Source: an uncultured Candidatus Rokubacteria bacterium
GTDB taxonomy: Bacteria > Methylomirabilota > Methylomirabilia > Rokubacteriales > CSP1-6
Assembly: GCA_963754315.1 (NCBI GenBank)
Contig: CAVWFS010000008.1
Location: 608,001-672,000 of the forward strand
DNA length: 64,000 nucleotides
Direction: 5' to 3'
Shown: one piece after another, positions 60,110-64,000 of the stretch
How positions within the stretch are numbered: the first letter of the stretch is position 1
Layout of the letters: every line of letters begins with the position of its first letter
The notes under the pieces: model-generated
The model's input: only the letters and a program-made list of their open reading frames with translations
The model's database searches: none
Told to the model about the DNA's origin: nothing
Position numbers and translations under genes: made by a program

Positions 60110-61093
60110 GTGTCCCACAAGATCGTGATGTCTCCCAAGATGCCCGACCCCATTCTCGACATGGCGCGGGCCGTGCTGCCGGCCGGCTACGACCTGGAAG
60201 TGGTCGATCAGAGTGACCCCAAGTTCGCGACGGCCATGCTGGACGCGGACTTCTTCCTGGGCTTCTCCCGAGGCGCCATGGGACCCGAGTTCTACCGGTC
60301 GGCGCCGAGGCTCAAGCTGATCCAGCTCATCAGCGCCGGCTATGACCGGATCGACCTGGAGGCGGCGCGCGCGGCCAAGGTGCCGGTCGCAAACAACAAC
60401 GGCGCCAACTCGGTGGCCGTGTCCGAACACACCCTCATGCTCATCCTGGCCGTGGCCAAGAAGCTCGTGTGGCAGCACAACAACGTGGTGGCCGGCAAGT
60501 GGCGCATTGGTGACTTTGCCCAGACACGCCTGTACGAGGTGGCGGGGAAGACGCTCGGCATCGTGGGCCTCGGCAACATCGGCAAGAAGGTCGCCCGCCG
60601 GGCCCAGGCGTTCGACATGAGGGTGCAGTACTACGACATCGTCCGCCTCACCGAGGACCAGGAAGACGCCCTCGGGGTACGCTTCGTCCTCCTCGATGAG
60701 CTGCTCCGAACGTCGGACGTCGTCACCTGCCACGTCCCCCTCACCGACCGCACGCGCGGCATGATGGGGGCGCGACAGTTCGCCATGATGAAGCCCACCG
60801 CCCTGTTCATCAATACCTGTCGGGGACCCGTCGTGGACGAGGACGCGCTCTACAAAGCGCTCACCTCAAAGCAGATCCTGGCGGCAGGCCTCGACGTGAT
60901 GGTGGAGGAACCTCCCAAAACCGACCATCCCCTGTTCAAGCTCGACAACGTCACCATCACTCCTCACACGGCCGGGCCCACGTGGGAGAACTGGGCGAAG
61001 GCCTTCCGCAACGCCTTCGACAACATCCAGCGGGTGGCTTCCATGGACAAGCCACGGGCAGTCGTTCCCGAACTGGTAGACATGCTGCGCTGA
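60110..61093 (+). CDS. D-isomer-specific 2-hydroxyacid dehydrogenase
   Basis: GLGNIG, INTCRG, AGLDV..EP, TPHTAG; AAAGGAG RBS. Confidence 0.9.
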   Translation: MSHKIVMSPKMPDPILDMARAVLPAGYDLEVVDQSDPKFATAMLDADFFLGFSRGAMGPEFYRSAPRLKLIQLISAGYDRIDLEAARAAKVPVANNNGANSVAVSEHTLMLILAVAKKLVWQHNNVVAGKWRIGDFAQTRLYEVAGKTLGIVGLGNIGKKVARRAQAFDMRVQYYDIVRLTEDQEDALGVRFVLLDELLRTSDVVTCHVPLTDRTRGMMGARQFAMMKPTALFINTCRGPVVDEDALYKALTSKQILAAGLDVMVEEPPKTDHPLFKLDNVTITPHTAGPTWENWAKAFRNAFDNIQRVASMDKPRAVVPELVDMLR

Positions 61094-61099
61094 TCACCC

Positions 61100-61134
61100 G
61101 GGCGGGGCGGCCCCCGGCCGCTCCGCCCCCCTTT
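61100..61134. terminator. GC hairpin between convergent genes
   Basis: gggcggggcggcc / ggccgctccgccc stem followed by ccttt. Confidence 0.5.
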
Positions 61135-61140
61135 GCCGGA

Positions 61141-62882
61141 TCAGGGCGCGCGCTCTGTCCGGACGGCCGAATCGGGCGGCGGGTATTCCAGGCGCCCTCG
61201 CATCTCCGCAATCCGTTCGGGTCGGTAGTTGGGGAAGGGGAGATCGCCCTTGTCACGCCAGCCCTTGACGGTGGCCGTGGCCGTCTGGGCCTTCTCGCGA
61301 TCGAGGCCAGGGTCCCGGGCGAGATAGGTCGTGGACGACGGAAAGGCGATACGCGTGCCGCCGGCCTCGATGACGTCCATGATCCGTAACAGCAGATCTT
61401 CCTGGACCTCGAGGAATCTGTCGGGATTGCTGGTGAGCACGTGCGCTGAGATTTCGAGCTCGAGCGACGAGGTCCCGAAGCGGACGAATCGGATACTGGC
61501 AGACTGACTATCCACCATCGGATGCCCGTAGAGCAGGCGGCGGATCTCGGCCAGGACGTAGCGGAGCGGCTCGGGGCCAGTCTCGTACCTGAGCCCGATG
61601 GTCTGCCGGAACGCGATCCGGTCGCGGAGGCCGAAGTTCTCCACGTTCGCGGTCGCCGTCTGCCCGTTGGGGATACTGACCACGGTGCGGTTGGCAGTCC
61701 GGAGGCGCGTCGAGCGCAGGCCGATGTCCTCCACCACCCCGGTGACGTCGCCAATCTTGCACAAGTCCCCGACGCGAACGGGCTGGTCGAAGATGATCGT
61801 GATACCGCCGAAGAAGTTCTCCAGCGTTTTCTGGGCGGCCAGGGCCACGGCGATCCCACCGATACCGAGGCCGGCCAGCGCCGCCGTCAGGTTGAAGCCA
61901 GCAAGGAAAAAGAGCGCGAGCCCGGCAGCCAGAGCCACCATCACCTTGGCCACGCGCCGGAGGAGCTGATTGACGGCGAGACGCCCGGTCTGGGCTCCGG
62001 CGAGCAGACGGGTTTCGGTCAGGTGCGCCGCGATGTCGACGAGCCGCAGCAGGAACCAGGCAAAGCCAACGATCGCGGCCGCCACCGCGATGCGATGCCA
62101 GAAGACGCGCGTGAGCACGGGGAAAGCTTCGAACGATGCCAAGACGGCAATGGCCAGAGCCCCGGCCAGGAGGCGAAGGGGTCCCGTCGCGGCAGTCGAC
62201 TCTTCCTCGGCACGCTCCCGGGTGACCCTGAAGAGTGCCGCTCGCAGAAGCTTGGCGAGGAGGCGACTGAGCAACCACGCGAGGCCCAGGACGAAGGGAA
62301 TGCCGAGGAGGAGAACGATCCACTGCCCGGCGCTGATGTCGAGGATGCGGACCTTCCGCCAGGAATCCGGCATCACCCGCTCGATGTACAGGAGGCCCAG
62401 CTCGCGGTGCAGGGTGGGCACGTTGGTGAGCGTCCGAGGAGAGAAGAGCCAGACGAGCCGGTCGTCGCGAGAGACGCGCTCCAGGAAGATGTCCGTCGAG
62501 TCTCCCCCCGCAGCACGCGTTCGACATTCGGGGGGAGATCGCTGTCCAGACGGCCCTCCGGCTTCGCGCTCAGTAGATCGAAGTCCGTTGCCGACAATCG
62601 ACGGTCGAGCACATCCTTGAGCTGGCGCGCCAGTTCCCGCGCCGCCTTCGGTGCGGCTCGGGTGTCCAGATATTGCGCGGCCCGCTCATAGTTCTCGCTA
62701 TCGACGGCCTTGATGAACCCCAGGACCGTCCCGCGGGGTGTGTCCCGGCCGAGCGGATCGGCCGCAGCGGCTGGCGCCTCGGTAGTGGACTTAGGTGGGG
62801 TCTGAGGAAAGGCTTGGCCCGTGGCCAGGGCAGGCAAGACCAGGCTCAACACGAACACCACGACGTTCGGCATCGACCGCAT
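61141..62882 (-). CDS. MscS-family mechanosensitive channel with periplasmic N-domain (frameshift near 62505)
   Basis: DPLGRDTPRGT N-domain; GLGIGGIAVALAAQKTL, GVVEDIGLRSTR, IAFPS. Confidence 0.88.
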
Positions 62883-62932
62883 CGCACCCTCCATTCCGCT
62901 CGATCATAACCACCCGCCCGTCCCGGCCCTCC

Positions 62933-63372
62933 TTTCGAGGCCCCAAAACCTAGCGTGTATCCGAGGGCCGCCACGGGTGTCCCGGGGCAGGCCGAGCGTG
63001 GGGGGTTTGGGGGCCCTTTCGAGCCCCCAAAACCTAGCGTGTGACCGAGGCCCGCCACGGGTGTCCCGGGGCAGGCCGAGCGCGGGGGGTTTGGGGGGCC
63101 CTTCGAGGCCCCAAAACCTAGCGTGATCCGAGGGCTGCCACGGGTTTCCCGGGGCAGGCCGAGCGCGGGGGGTTTGGGGGCCCTTCGAGGGCCCCAAAAC
63201 CTAGCGTGTGACCGAGGTCTGCCACGGGTTTCCCGGGGCGGGCCGAGTGCGGGGGGGCTTGGGGGGCCCTTCGAGGGCCCCAAAACCTAGCGTGTGATCC
63301 AGAGGGCCGCCACGGGTTTCCCGGGGCGGGCCGAGTGCGGGGGGGCTTGGGGGGCCCTTCGAGGGCCCCCCA
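62933..63372 (+). repeat. tandem array of five ~84-bp palindromic units plus a partial unit
   Basis: Units start at CTAG 62950, 63034, 63118, 63201 and 63287; each ends in a ggggccct-tcg-agggcccc-type hairpin. Confidence 0.95.
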
Positions 63373-63375
63373 TGT

Positions 63376-64000
63376 TTATGGATTGCTGGTACCCTGTCGC
63401 ACCTTCAGGTAGAGGCGGGCGATCTCAGCCTCGTCAACGGGCGCCGATAGGCTATAGACCGCGTTGCCCTGCTTCCACAGCGCGGTCGACACGTCCTGCT
63501 GGCGTCTCAGTATCGGACGGTAGGGCCCCACGGGTGTGCCGCGCTCGCGCGGAATGCTGACCTCCGGAGCTCGGACGATCAGGAGGGTGACGAGGCGGTC
63601 ATTGGGGTCCCGGAACACGAGAATGGCGCCCGGATGGCCAAGGGCGTGGGTCGGCGTCACCGAGACGAGCCGGAGCTGAGCGTCCCCCAGGAAAGCAGTG
63701 GTGGTCGGAACGCCAAGGCGTTGCTGGATCTCCGTCACCAGGCGGTCGACGTCGGCCTTCTCGCTCGCGGTCAACTCCGCTCGGAGCACGCCTCGACGAT
63801 GCCCCGCCAGCGCCTCCGCGAGGGGCACCGTCAGCGGATCAGGCTGCCGGGGCCTCGCGATGATGAGCGAGATCGCCGCCAGGACCAGCAGCATGGCCGC
63901 CCCGCCCAGGGCGGCGGCCACCGCAGACCGCCGCAGCGCGACGAGGAGCGGACGATGCCAGCGAACCGCTCCGGCGGCCCTCTCGCGCGCGATCACATCG
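63376..64000 (-). CDS. transmembrane anti-sigma-factor-like protein (5' end outside window)
   Basis: TM segment followed by a periplasmic domain (ALAGHRR..LVFRD..VTLLI..WKQGNAVYSL). Confidence 0.6.
   Translation of the reverse strand, partial: DVIARERAAGAVRWHRPLLVALRRSAVAAALGGAAMLLVLAAISLIIARPRQPDPLTVPLAEALAGHRRGVLRAELTASEKADVDRLVTEIQQRLGVPTTTAFLGDAQLRLVSVTPTHALGHPGAILVFRDPNDRLVTLLIVRAPEVSIPRERGTPVGPYRPILRRQQDVSTALWKQGNAVYSLSAPVDEAEIARLYLKVRQGTSNP

Noticed and set aside
7140..62882. Programmed frameshifting or mass pseudogenisation (kinase, isomerase, Fpg, CoA ligase, ALS, G8, BrnT/A, Mo-oxidoreductase, amidase, MscS)
   Set aside because: Single-base shifts, several at homopolymers, in otherwise intact unrelated genes without internal stops are best explained as long-read indel errors
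62933..63372. CRISPR array
   Set aside because: Units are near-identical along their whole length with no unique spacers, and no cas genes are present

Overview
GC-rich bacterial chromosome segment. Gene content resembles Candidatus Rokubacteria/Methylomirabilota, but this is inference only. Most of it is densely packed catabolic and housekeeping genes: acyl-CoA dehydrogenases and ligases, molybdoenzymes, enolase-superfamily enzymes, TPP enzymes, a Cpx-like two-component system, transporters, aroC and mgsA. About a dozen single-base frameshifts look like long-read indel errors. The accessory region at ~32.6-44.7 kb is the interesting part. (1) A cluster of seven tiny minus-strand ORFs (37307-38911), mostly missed by the ORF track, is arranged as two duplicated modules, each behind a near-consensus sigma-54 promoter. 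Five share a basic leader ending in DL(P/S)xxxKA(K/R)NV(K/R/S)GG, and their short variable cores align by eye to different beta-strand segments of the type VI secretion tube protein Hcp. This is a candidate undescribed 'Hcp-fragment peptide' system. (2) Downstream is a ~1360-aa secreted G8/TMEM2-CEMIP-like protein. (3) A BrnT/BrnA-type toxin-antitoxin pair sits as an integron cassette with a clear attC site but no integrase, next to other TA modules. (4) A CTAG-bounded ~84-bp palindromic repeat family occurs as a 5-unit tandem array (62933-63372) and as single copies fused into the 3' ends of an ABC transporter gene and aroC, with an inverted copy supplying the aroC RBS. No rRNA, tRNA or CRISPR array was recognised.
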